From positions 29,698,001 through 29,762,000 of the forward strand of contig OZ024761.1 of NCBI GenBank assembly GCA_964016885.1: a stretch of DNA of 64,000 bases, read 5' to 3'. The notes below the pieces were generated by a model. That model ran no database searches and was not told the origin of the DNA. It was given only the letters and a program-made list of their open reading frames with translations. Position numbers and translations under genes: made by a program. Positions 12,700-26,140 of this stretch are shown here, piece by piece. The number at the start of each line of letters is the position of its first letter. Position 1 is the stretch's first letter. This DNA comes from Eledone cirrhosa. Its lineage: Eukaryota.

Positions 12700-13861
12700 T
12701 GTAATGAAATATTGTGTACAGTGCACAGGTGCACTACAACTCATCAAAAAGTGTATGTATAGTACATAGGGTAATGTACAAACATCAGGAAAATGAACAG
12801 TGCATGAGTCGTGATATTCACGTGTGCATGTGTATGGAAGGGGTACATGAGGTGTAGTTTTGGCGAATCTCGGGAAGCATGAGGGTTTTAAAGGATGCAG
12901 TTTGTTCCATACTTCAGCAACTTTGAGCGTGAATAAAATGTTTCCGAAAGTCATGGGAGCTGTGCTGTTTTCTGATTTTGTAGGCATGTCCACATGTGTT
13001 AGACACATGGAGATCAAAAAGGTGCTCAGTGTTGTTGTTGGCGAGATGGTTAATAACTTTGTGGGTGTTTACCAAGTCCATTGCCAGACGTCGGAGCTTC
13101 AATGAATTCATGCCCAGGGAAGCAAGGCGTTCAGAGTATGGTAGGTGTCTGATGGAGGGTATGCGCTTGATTCCACGTCTCTGAACAGTTTCCAGGAGGT
13201 CAATGTTCTGAGCAAGATAGGGGTTCCAGACTGATGCAGCGAATTCCAAGTGTGGTCGTACCATAGCTGTATACAGCTTTAAATAGATGGCTGGAGAGCG
13301 GCTAACACCCTCGGCCTTCTTGACAATCTTAGAGGCAAGCTTTGTCCAACGCAAATTGCTGCTGACAGTAATGCCCAGGTCACGTTCAAGAGGACTTGTG
13401 GAGAGAGTATGTGGACGCTGGATTTTTCCTACCAAAATGCATGGTGGTACACTTGTCCACAGCCAGCTTCAGTTGCCAGTCTGTGATCCATTGCTGCATT
13501 GTGTCCAGGTCTGATTGTAGGAAAGAGTTGTAGATTTCAGGATCAGTCCTTTTGATTTCAAGGTACAGCTTGATGTCATCCGCATATTTCAGTACCGTGG
13601 CATTTTTTAAGTTGGCACAACTTAATATATGCCACAAACAAAAGGGGCCCAAGAACAGATCCCTGTGGTACACCAGATGACATCTCATATGGTGAAGAAT
13701 GCTGTTCTAGAACCGTGACTACCTCTTTTCGGCTGAGAATGAAGGATTTCAACCTGTTAAAAAGATCATCCCTCACACCCATTGCAGAGAGTTTTGCCAT
13801 AAGTCTTTTGTGTGGCACAGAATTAACAGCCTTAGCGAAGTCAAGGTAAACAACATCCATA
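12700..13861 (-). mobile_element. 5'-truncated CR1/L2-clade LINE (frameshifted RT and C-terminus plus 3' UTR)
   Basis: YLDFAKA, SGVPQGSVLGPLLF, YADDIKL, ERDLGI, VRPHLEFAASVWNP and YSERL motifs across three frames; same 3' UTR with an (ATT)n tail at 56868-56998. Confidence 0.93.
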
Positions 13862-13897
13862 TAAATATACACACATAATATATATATATATATATAA

Positions 13898-14164
13898 TGT
13901 AGGTGTCACGAGAAAAAAAAAAACACACAGTCCACGCTGTAATGTGGCCGTGTAGGTAACACGGTAAAAAGTTCCCAGTTTCACACTGTAAATGTGGTTG
14001 GTGTTAGGAAGGGCATCCAGCCGTAGAAAACCTGCCAGATAGTCCTATATGAGCGAGACATGGTCACCCAACCAACCTTGCCTCAAGTGGGACAACTCCC
14101 GTCTAACCCATGCTAGCGTGGAAACTTGACGTTAAACGAAGATGATGATGATGAAGATGATGAT
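13898..14164 (+). mobile_element. SINE-like family A copy
   Basis: Same core, (GAT)n tail; inverted relative to the 11601 and 12246 copies. Confidence 0.88.
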
Positions 14165-14182
14165 ATATATTTATATTGTGTG

Positions 14183-14214
<32 letters not shown>

Positions 14215-15282
14215 AAACAATCTGAAAGTGTATGTATACAAAAACTGAAAGTATATATATATATATATATATAATGTATATATATATAATGTATATATAT
14301 ATATATATAATGTATATATACAAACCAAGCAATTTTTCCCTTTGTTTATTTTATTGCATTATTTTGCAATTATTGTTTTTATTATATTGCATTAATTTCG
14401 TTATTTATAATTTCTTTTATTAATTTTAAAAGGGTTTCTTGTGTTTAGAAGTTCAGTACTGAATGAGATTTTATGACAAATTCTCCCGAAATACACATTT
14501 TAGTTGATGTGGTAAGGGATGAGGCTCTGAAACAAATTAGATTCGTTACCAAAGGGTCAATTGTACTGCCTTGTTTTCATTATCAAATTAATCAACTATT
14601 GTTTAATAACTTTCAACCTAATTTTTTTTTCCTAACATTGGCACAAGGCCACCAATATGATTGGTACTTTAGGTTAAATAAATCCACTAATTCTTTTATC
14701 CAATTCTAAAATAGTCTATTTGGCCACTAGTTCCACCACAAACAAAAACCCTACTAGAATCAGCAATATGAGACATTTTGGCTACGGACTTTTTGACTAG
14801 GTCCTTCATTACACCAAAATGCTGAATCTCTCTGTCTGCAAGCAAAAATCCATAGATTCTAAGCTGACACATCTGTGCTTTCAGCAATCTTTTATAAGTG
14901 GTTCTCTTTCACCTTTACTGTTCATTTACAGTATTTCTAATAAAAGATAGTATATATGGTTTTTAAATAAATTTAGATATAGACATTTTAAATGTAGCTA
15001 TATGTGTTGAAACTTAAATTTTCCAAAGCTTATACCTCACTACATCCTTTACAAACCTTAACATGGAAGGACTCATCAAGCACATTGCTTTTCCCTCTTG
15101 TCATCTCCAAGACACATTTAACAGTTTTGTGACTGGAAAGAGACCAAGACACATTTAACTCTTTCGTTACCATATTTCTATCAATTTTCAAACAATTTTG
15201 AAAATAATCAAGAATTAGGAGGAATTTAGTAATATAACTAACTTGTTCTAATTATCAAAATGATGTTTAGGATATTATTTAA

Positions 15283-15492
15283 CCCTTTAGTATTTACATT
15301 ACTCTACATTTACTATTGTATTTTCACAGTAAAGGCTTTATCTTATAATAATTATCTCACATAATATCGAATCTACGAAATTTAGATGTGATTTATTTTG
15401 AGAACAATACCTTAATGTAGGTATGAGCGGCCACTTACAGCCGGTTTGAACAGAAAGAGGCGAGAGTTCTGGCCAGTTTAAATGCTAAAGGG
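15283..15492. mobile_element. piggyBac-like MITE
   Basis: TTAA|CCCTTTAGTATTTA...TAAATGCTAAAGGG|TTAA; sister copies 1711-1906, 22856-23094, 53874-54084. Confidence 0.85.
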
Positions 15493-16876
15493 TTAAAGGT
15501 TCTTACATAAAATTATGATGGAAGATTTTTAGATATATATGATACATAGCCTCGAAACTAATGAAGTCTTAGGGGCACTCTGATGACATATGGCATATCT
15601 TGAGCACTTTAAACCTGGTAGATCTCACCCCCTCTCTAGGTTTAAACATAGCTCTTTTCTTTCAGAGGAAAGAAAGTGTGGCAGACTCAACCCCCAGAAC
15701 TGGAGAGGTACTTTTTTTTAAAACCACTTTGAAAGGATTACATGCAAAGTTGAGATTGCAGCAATCTAAAAAAATCTAGCAAAGCATTCTATTTCATGTT
15801 CTAACCACTGCCAATTTGCCAACATTTTACATTTTAGGTAAATATAAACACTTTAAAACTTTTGTATCATAGAACTAGCAGAAGTTTCACTGGCTTGATA
15901 TCAAAAGTTTTAAACAAACAGTCGTATTTTGAGTTATGAGGATGACTAATTGGTTGAGATTTCTTTGGAAAATCCTTTCTGGAAATCATTACATCCACTA
16001 TTCCACTACCAGTCCAGGATTAGTTATTTGGAAATTGAAATATCCAATTCTAAGTCCACCATGTGTTGTTATACTTCATGCAGTTTCCTATTATAATTCT
16101 ATTCACATCTGGTTTAGTGGTTAGGATATTGGACCCACAATCAATATTTTGTGGGTTTGATTCCTAGACCAAGCACATGGACACTTCATTTCACACTGCT
16201 TTACGAGATAAGACTGGGGTCTAAAAAAAAAAAAATGAGTTTCAAGTCTGGAGGTTCATCAGATCGTAAGTCCAACATGCTTACTACTGAGAAGGGGGTG
16301 GGGTCCCTATCATTAAAATACTCAAGAAAACACCCTGGAACAGCCATAGAAAAACAAACAAAACAGTAACTCATATGCAAGGCTGCTAGTTATGTTTTCA
16401 TACATAACATTATTTTAGATGGCTTCAAGATTAAATGGTCTACTTGTTTGCCTTAAAGCCAACAACTCAATTTTATCAACAGCTGCTATCAGAATGTCAT
16501 TAATAGCAGAGGAAAACATTCTAAAAATGTCAAATTTCTCTCAGTTGACATTATTGTCAGTGTGGATTATTGTCAACACCCTAATTTCCATTATTCCATC
16601 ATTTTTTTTTTTTAGTTTCCATACTAAAAGTAGTTAAAATTTTAAAATAACTGTTAATGCCCTGTGCAACACGAAACCATGTTTGTAAAACATCACATTA
16701 AGTATTAGTTACTATAATACTGCACATTTTCACAATGATCTATTCACTAGTAAATATAGTACTAACACCACTATGACTGCAACACCTTACTAAATTGCTA
16801 GAACTGATTGACTTGTTTAACATTAACTGTTTCGCTACCATATTTTTAATGAAAGACCCTGCCCATGATTTTCGAT

Positions 16877-17237
16877 TAGTGTACCCCTGGCGTTTGCGGT
16901 CCCAGTTATTCACGGAATTTTCCTTAGAACCTAACTAATAGCTATTCATAGAAACCACCACATATTCATGGAATCGTAAATATCTTCCACGATTTTTTAT
17001 GGCTATTTTCGTGGCAATATATATATTTGTTAACACTAAATTATTAACAAAATACCATATTTGCCAGTCTATTGGACTCCTTTTTGCATAAGACGGTCCC
17101 TCTTTTTTTTTATACTATATTTTACGTTGTATTTTGACGTTTATAGGCATTTTTATGGAGTATGCCCAATATTCACGGTTTTTCCCTCTTCACGGGTGCT
17201 CTAGGAACGTAACCCCGCAAATACCGGGGGACAACTG
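16877..17237. mobile_element. Tigger/pogo-like MITE
   Basis: Degenerate TIRs TAGTGTACCCCTGGCGTTTGCGG / CCGCAAATACCGGGGGACAACTG|TA. Confidence 0.7.
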
Positions 17238-17697
17238 TATTTTGAAAATAATCAAGAAATTGGAGCGATTTTGTAATATAATAATATAACTTTAAAGGTT
17301 CTTACATAAAATTATGATGGATGGGGGGTTTTTTTTTTTTTAGATAAGCATAAAGACTGAAAATAAACAGTCCTGTATCTTAGATACCAGCAGCAGTTTC
17401 AGGCAGTTTGGTATAAAAATATCAACATAAATCACATTATTAAGTAATAACATGATTTCACAAGGTAAACATTTGTTGTGTAGCTTCTCACATTGTCAGT
17501 ATTAATTTCATGTTCTTGAAAATTTATTGGCTATTTTCTCTATCTTATTTCTACGATATTCTAACTTTTTTTAAAAAATTATATAAGCTTCATATTTAGA
17601 AAATAACCATTGGGAATCTGAAAAGTGAATGCAGCAAATAAAAATAAAACAATATAAGCATAATACATGATGCATTTTGAACAGAGTTTCAATTTAC

Positions 17698-18030
17698 GTG
17701 AATACAAGCGGCCGAAATGAGATTCCTCCGAAGGGTCTTTGGAGTAACGTCACTCGATAAAGTACATAGCTCGGAAATCAGAAAGCCACTCTAGGTAGAA
17801 CGGCTACTTCTCCAAATTGGGAGATCACAGCTCCGATACTATGGGCATGTGGTTAGAATGTCTCAGGAAAGAAACGCTGGACAGATTTTACAAGCTAAAA
17901 CCAACCAGCAGGAGACCCAAGGGTAGACTCCAAGTAAGATGGTTGGATAACATCCAAGAGTTTGGTTGGTCATGCTTGGCGACCAGCCGGATCAATTGGA
18001 GACGGTTGCTTCTAACAGAACCCGCTGGAA
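17698..18030 (+). mobile_element. RTE-clade LINE 3' fragment
   Basis: IQAAEMRFLRRVFGVTSLDKVHSSEIR...QLRYYGHVVRM...RRPKGRLQVRWLDNI, with a stop and a frameshift. Confidence 0.85.
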
Positions 18031-19072
18031 GGAATAAGTGGGTGAAGATGAACTGTTTCAATTTACGATAGTGAAAACAGGTCGGATGGAAGTTATGAAT
18101 TGATTCCAGAAAGAGAATGGGTGGAAATATTAACAATAATTCTTTGCCAAAATTCTCAGAAAAAAATGGACCCAATCATCACAATTCAAAGCCCATTGAC
18201 TGTTTTTATTTCAATTCAAGTACAATTCAGTACACTCTATAATGAGGTAGTGCTGGTCCCCATGATAAAATGCACTCTGTAAAGTGGTTGGCATTAAGGA
18301 AGGGCACTGAACCGTAGAAACCATGCCAAAAATGGAACATACAAACAAGACTTGGTTCTTTGACCCTAATCTCAGACCGTGACAATCTGTAGGGAAAACA
18401 GACATAAAATGACGACGTTTCCAGATAATGGCAAAGACTAACTGCTGTGCAAAGAAAAGACAGAGGAGGGCAAACTGGACAAAATCAGGACATTGCCCAT
18501 GACTAATCTAGAAAGACCTGAAGCATTTTAAGACCATTTAACTTGCTGAACCAAGGGTTAAGCTTGGTGGACCCCATGAGATGGGGTCATTTTTTAGGAC
18601 AATGTTTTCCTGTCAGATACCCTACCTGGTGTCAACACTTAATTGCCTCTTATCAGATCCAGATATACAGTATACCTGTTCTCTAGTAAAATTCTGTTTT
18701 CCTTAACATAGTACAGAGATTTATGTCGATATTCTCATTTAAATAGGAATAGGTAATTACAAGAGGCATCAGTCAAGTTGATAACAAAATGGCTAAAAAA
18801 TGTTACACCTCTTACAATAAACAGAGCAGACACACAGGGATAGTGTACCTGTTCTCTAGTAAAATTATGCTTTCATTAATGTAGTACAGAGAATTACATC
18901 AATGTTTTCACTTAAATGTGGATAACTACAGGAGACATTAAACAGGTTGATACCAAAATAAATGTCTAAAGAAATTTATGTGCTCTCTCATGACAAACTT
19001 AGAGCAGCTCTGAATTGTTTCGTTTTTTTTTTTTAATCACCATATTTTAATAACTAAAAAAAAAATAGACTA

Positions 19073-19357
<285 letters not shown>

Positions 19358-19929
19358 TTAATAGCACCAGAACAAAAGTAAGATGTTACATGTTTTATTA
19401 ATACAGTTTTATATTAAAAGTTCTTGTTTATATTCGTGAATCTGTCGATCCAAATATAAAGCCAACCCCATTATTTTTGGTCAGAGAAATAGGGGCAAAA
19501 ATCCTTAATGGAACATATACATCCTTGCTTCATTGAGCTCAAAACAAGCTGGAGGCAACATAAGACTCTTATATAAAATGTCTCCCTTGTATTTCTGATA
19601 TTGTGTGAAATAGGAGGGTGAGTTTTGTAGGCCACTGCTATCATGCCTTAAATGTAATGAGTGACAGGCCTATGTGGAGATCTATCATTGCGTGCATTTC
19701 AGCTGAGGTTATAGTGTAGTAGTAGTAGTGTGTGTGGTGTGTGTATATATATATATATATGAGCTAACAAGGTAGACACAAAAAACATGCTTGAAATAAC
19801 AGCCAAATCTGCCCCAAATAATAATCTATGGCGCCAGATATATATATATAATTAGCCAATCAAGGAGACCTATATAACAGCTAAGCCCAATAAAAATAAC
19901 TGTCCTTACCTAAATGAAACCCTTCTTGT

Positions 19930-19961
<32 letters not shown>

Positions 19962-22311
19962 CCCATGATGGAGACCTATATAACAGCTAGACCTGATACA
20001 AATAACTATATCTTACTTAAACCACACCTTTCTAGTCATACGAGTCAATGAGGTAGGCCTGTGTGGATAGCAAAGATTAGTAAAAAAAATAACAGCCAAA
20101 TTTCCCTTAAATCACATCTACATGTATGAAACGAAGAAAGGCTCCCTGTATGGTGTCTCGCAATGCTAGAGAAAGCAATCAAATGTCTCTCGAACATACC
20201 CTAATGTTATATTTGTGTATGTATGAATCAACAAACAAGATAAGGCCACTAGCTATGTTATACATAGCAGCCAGTTCTGAAAAGCTGCACCTTTCTGCTT
20301 TTGAAAATACCCTGGCAATACTTAGTGATCATGCTAATGTGTGTACATATACTCACACTAACAATGGCACTCCCAGTTGTTTACAAATTGTGGGAAAAGT
20401 GGACGTAAAATGATGATGATATATATTTCATGCTTGCTTTATCACACTGGCACGAGAAAACCCATTACAGAACAAACCAGTGCTTAATTGGTATGCCACA
20501 GCTGAGCAATGGAGATGAGCTCCTGTTAGCCTACAAATTGGCTGAAATAGATTGTGTTTATCACCTCTGCCGGCCAAACTCCCCTACCCCAGCCCACCCT
20601 AACTCCACCAAATTGGATTGGGTATAAAAGCGAAAGCTCAGTGCTATAACCGATGCAATGCATAGATTGTATATACATTAAAGTGTATATATACTTGCAG
20701 CTGGACACCACTTGTGAAACCAATCACCCAAAGAAACTCCATTGAAATTAACTTACAGTGAATTCCTTTGATGAAGCTGGCTCAACCCACTCCGGATGAA
20801 ATCAGACACAAGCACCAGCAGAAAAGAGGGAGGGGGTCTTGTTTATATACGTTCCAGTTGGAAACCCTTCCTAATGCCAACTACTTTAGTAGGTATACAG
20901 CTATCAGCTAACACCCAGAATTTAGGCCCCTACAATACTGATACATCTATCCAGTTCACCAGATATCCAACTTAACAGGGGTCCAGTTTATTGAAGATTC
21001 ACTGCGTTTGTGTGTATGATCATTATTTAACGTCTGTTGTTTCTGCTACCAAGGGTTGGACAAGCTAGCTAAACAGGCCAAGTCAGTACTTAGAATTACT
21101 CATGCCTCAGATGAGCCAGGAACCCAGCATCTTACTCCCAAACACTCCCATGCTCTACAGATTCCATTTTATCATAGCACCAGCACTATGGAAGATGTCA
21201 CATCTCTGACACAGCTGATGAGTCCTCCTGACTCCTTGTTTGGCAGGTTGTATATAATATAAAAAATTGCTTAAAATTTATTTTTTGTTTACCCAACAAT
21301 GTTTTCACAATTGTAACTCACTCTTAAAATTGACTAACTGTTAATCAACTTGTCTAGAAATTTTTTATTTATTAATTGGTAAACAAAGTATCAAATTTTA
21401 AGAAACAAATATAAGGAAGAAAGTATTTAAAGATTGACGGAAAAAAAAAAGACTTACCGTGTGAGTGAGAAATTATTTTTTTTTATAGGAAAATATCAAA
21501 TTTCTATCATGTTAGTGAATCACTATTGTTAGATAGGTGTGGGTATCATTATCTACATTGATAATACTAACTGAAATAGTTATTCCTAGTTAAATAAATA
21601 AAACATAAGCCAATCAGTTATAATGTGATATGTTATGTTGCTGCAGTTCACACCTATGTAGGTTTAATTGGCCTCATATGGAGTGCATCTCATAAGAAGT
21701 TTCTCAGATGTTTTAATGTTGAAGGTGCCAGTCCAATCATATGAGGCTATGAAGAAGTTAACATCCAACTAAACCTACATATATGTGAGCAACAAATTCA
21801 TTTCACCACCACCCCTCCTTCCAATGAATGCCCACCATAGAATAACATACAACAGTTATTGTATGTAACATACGATATCTCCCACCCACTTCTGCTCAGA
21901 CCTTCTTCAATCACAAACTTTGTTAGCTGACATCATGAGATGCCTCATGTAGGTTCAGCTTTCATAAGATATTCCACATGGAAACACTCATGTCTCATTA
22001 CCATGCAGTTACACATCCTTTGCATGCTTTATAGAGCCTGCATATCATGCAGACAAAAACTATTGCCAGAAAAAGATAACAACAACAACATATAGAAAAA
22101 AAAAAAACCCAGCTTCCTGAACTGTTGCCATTCTTTCTTTGTTTTAGCTCAGTTCAGCTTTTGTGCTTTTGCGACAACCTCCTGAGAACAGAGTATCAAG
22201 TTCCCACCTATTTCCTTCATCTAGATGAGAGGTCATCAAATATAAGCCCAATATAAATCATCACTATATAAACCCCAAATATTACTGAGATACTTAAAGA
22301 ACCTTAGGAAA

Positions 22312-22367
<56 letters not shown>

Positions 22368-22855
22368 GTGTACTACGCATTGAAACTCAAAGTCATATCT
22401 TTAAAAACATGTCTAAGGAAAGCTGTTCTCTGTATATATGAAAGGAGTTGTAGGGGAACTATAGTGACATACAATATGTCTTGGGCATTTTAAACTTGGT
22501 GAAACCCATTCCCTCTCACCATATTTGAACATAGCTGATTTCTTCCAGAGGAGAGAAACACAGTAATAGAGAAAGGAAGTGAGAAAATGATACAGAAGAA
22601 TTGACCCCTGTACTAGATTGGTACTCTTTCTTTTAATCGATCTCCACAAACCCCCAAAATATTTCGGTGACCCTTTAGGTTAGTATAAATCTAGGTTGAA
22701 GACCACTGCCCTATATCACACTAGACAACTTCAAAGATATGGGATTTTAAATACTGCTACTTGTTAGCTTGGCATGTTTATCATTTGGATTACTATATAA
22801 GTAGTTCACTTTGATCATATTCTTACAGATTACTAAGATCCAAATTTCTATTTAA

Positions 22856-23094
22856 CCCTTTAGCATTTAAATCGGCCAGAATTCTCTTACCTCTTTCTGT
22901 TCAAACTGGTCACTCATACTGACAAGAAGACCACGAAAAACATGGACGGAGGTGGTCAGGGTTGACCTCTGATCGCTGAAGAGGACCCATCCCACACTTA
23001 CAAGCAAGGAAAAATGAGATGTAAAATGATGATGAACATCATCAAAATCTCATAGATTCCATGAAAATATAATAGTAATGTAAATGTTAATGGG
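22856..23094. mobile_element. piggyBac-like MITE interrupted by a retroposon 3' tail (~22922-23035)
   Basis: TTAA TSD and CCC/GGG termini; internal segment ends in AAAATGATGATGA. Confidence 0.75.
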
Positions 23095-24349
23095 TTAAGT
23101 AACATTAACCGTATATAAGCCAATCCCCCTATTTTATGTCAGAGAAATGGGCAAAAATCGAAACTCCATTTATAAGCCAAGGCAGCTAATCAATATTGTT
23201 TAGATGGCGTATATAAGTCACACACCTCCTCCTCCCACATTTTACCATCAAATTTTTGGGTCACATATTCCTTTGCTTATATTCGAGTCTTACGGTAACT
23301 CTTGATACCCAACCAATGGTAAAAACCCCTGGTTCTACAATACGAAGCTGTTTGTTTTATGTGAGAGCCTTTGCTAAGTTATGTTCCAAATTCTTAACAT
23401 CATGTAATGATTTAACAGAAAATATCTAAAAATGAGTTTGTTAATTCACACGTTTATAGTATCTTTCCTATTGGGCAGCTCATTGTGAAAATTTGTAATA
23501 TTGGATAGAGTTATAAAGACTTCAGTTTTAAATATGATGCAGTCACAGTGCTGATTTATACTTTTCAAAAATGTCTTGTTAATGTGGTTCCATGTGGTAC
23601 AGGACAATGAAAGTTAAATTGTTGCCAGCCTGAGTAAGAGTAATGTAGTCACAGTGCTGTTTTGTATTTTTCAAGAATGTCTTGTTAATGTGGTTCCATG
23701 TAGTACAAGACAATAACAGTTAAATTGTTGCCAGCTTATGCTAGTTGGAATTGATTTGAAGTAAAAAAAAAAAAGAAAAAACTATCTAATGCTTCTACTG
23801 AAACAAAAAAGCTTCTACATAATCAATTTTTAAAATCTTATCTAACCTAATTTGCTGATGTAAATTGATTTGTAGAACGAAGAACAAATATACGAGAATT
23901 GGATTATTATTTTAAGATATTAGATGTCAACAAGTTATTTTTCAGGCATAACCTAAATTTATCCCACTGAAATAAATATATCAAAACACCTCAGTTGTTC
24001 TTCAGCCCCAAGTTAGATCAAAAGCATTCCAGTCAAGACCATCCCATTTTTTTTTATATTTAAAAATGGACCATCTAACGTTATATTATCAAATGTATTC
24101 TTTCTTTAAAACTGCAGGGTGTAAATTGAAGGTTTGGCTGTTATATTTAGCAAGCAGGGTAATCGAATGAAGGCACCTTTGTTGGAAGCAAAATGCCTTA
24201 TCATCATATTAACTCTTTCGATACAAAACAATTGCTTGTTTTATGATACAAAATTATGTTTATCTAAAAACTTTCCATCTTAATTTTATGTAAGAACCTT
24301 TGTACATTCTGAATTCAAATGTTGAATTCTGCCACCAGAAAAATAACAA

Positions 24350-24680
24350 CACACCTGCCAGGGGTTGTAACTAACAGATAGTATAAACAATGGAAAGGGT
24401 TCTTGATCTGATGATCAGCTCCTATCTTCTGCCAGGAGTTGCTACTGACAGTATTAATGGAAAGGCCAATAGAAACAGTTTCCTTGATCTGACCTGATGA
24501 TCAGCTCCTTTCTTCTGCCAGGAGTTGCTACTGACAGATAGTATTTACAATGGAAACATTGTTTCCTTGGTCTGACATGATTATCAGCTCTTTTCTAGTC
24601 AAGAGACCAATCAAAAGACCAATAGAAACATAGTTTCTTTGATCTGATCTGATAATCAGTTTCTTTCTTACCAAGTAATA
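24350..24680. repeat. Degenerate tandem repeat next to the exon 2 donor
   Basis: TTGATCTGATGATCAGCTC / GCCAGGAGTTGCTACTGACAG repeated 3-4 times. Confidence 0.7.
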
Positions 24681-24727
24681 GAAACGGCTGAAAAGATTGC
24701 TTTCTAAAATGTATTGTAATGATTTCA

Positions 24728-24940
<213 letters not shown>

Positions 24941-26096
24941 TCATAAAAGCAGCAGTATTTTTTGTTTCCTTGTCCATTTAACACAAGTAAAATGGATTGA
25001 GGTAAAAGAGCAATGCATGAGATAACATTACAAAAATAAAAAGGTAATTTATAAAAATATATATAAAAAAAAAAAGAAATTATGTCAATAGTTCCACTTA
25101 TGTAATTTTTAATGGGATATGCTTATGATACCAAACTACCTGAAACTGCCTGTTTCTTTCATACTAAACGATTTTAAAATCTTTATATTTATCTAAAAAT
25201 TTTCCATCATAATGCATAGGATTGAAGAAAGAAGGGCGTCTGACCATAAAATATTGCCTAAAAGGGGGCGGCCTTCAATTATGATGGCTGCAAGGCTAAT
25301 GCCTGCTATAGCAGAGAAGATGGCCATAAAATGCGTAAAACACCAGCATATTGGTAGAGACTTCTGACATTTTTAGTCCCCAAACCATCTCCTTACTCAT
25401 TGCTATTTAAACAGAATCAGCCACACGCAGGAACGAGCCATGCAAGTTGGAGTGGCTATTTCAAAATGTCTTCCTCGCTATTCTCTGAAATAACTCTTTC
25501 TCCATTCTGACCACAAGGACCACGAAGTGGCTTGCATCGGCAATTCCAAATGCCGGAGAGTGTTCTCCCACACTGTCAGGGTTCGTATCATTGAGGTAGG
25601 TAGCAATGATTGAGTAAACCACCAAACAATATATATACATATATATATAAAACCATGCAAACGTGGAAAATAATATCTTTGCTGTGTGTGTGTGTGTGTC
25701 TATTATAAAGAAAGTGATGAGAAAATTATTTTACTAATCCTTCAGATTCCTGGATATTTGAAAATCATGCCTTTACTTAGAAATATGGTAATGAAAGGGT
25801 TAAACGAATTTGACTGTAGCCTGTAAAATAGGAAAGTCATGCTGACAATTGAACTATTGCCATTATTGTTGTGCTGTTTTGTCTTGCTGCATTCTATTAC
25901 TGATACACAAGTAACTGTATTACACAGGTTAAGTTAGCTTATCAAACTTCAGTTTCACCTGCCTCTTGTCTTCTCTAACATTACTGTCTTGCAATACTAC
26001 CACCACCACCACCACACACCTAGTTCATGTCATGTCTTATAAGCAAGCAGTCAAGTTAGAATTCGTGGCAAGAAATTTACTCATTTTCATTTTTCT

Positions 26097-26140
<44 letters not shown>

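Noticed and set aside
21214-21235. CTGATGA-GTC...GAC hairpin
   Set aside because: No GAAA follows; incomplete ribozyme core.
21453-21503. Strong GTAAGT donor in PP1 intron 2 (minus strand)
   Set aside because: No good acceptor upstream; the implied ~45-nt exon is AT-rich with no PP1-like coding signal.
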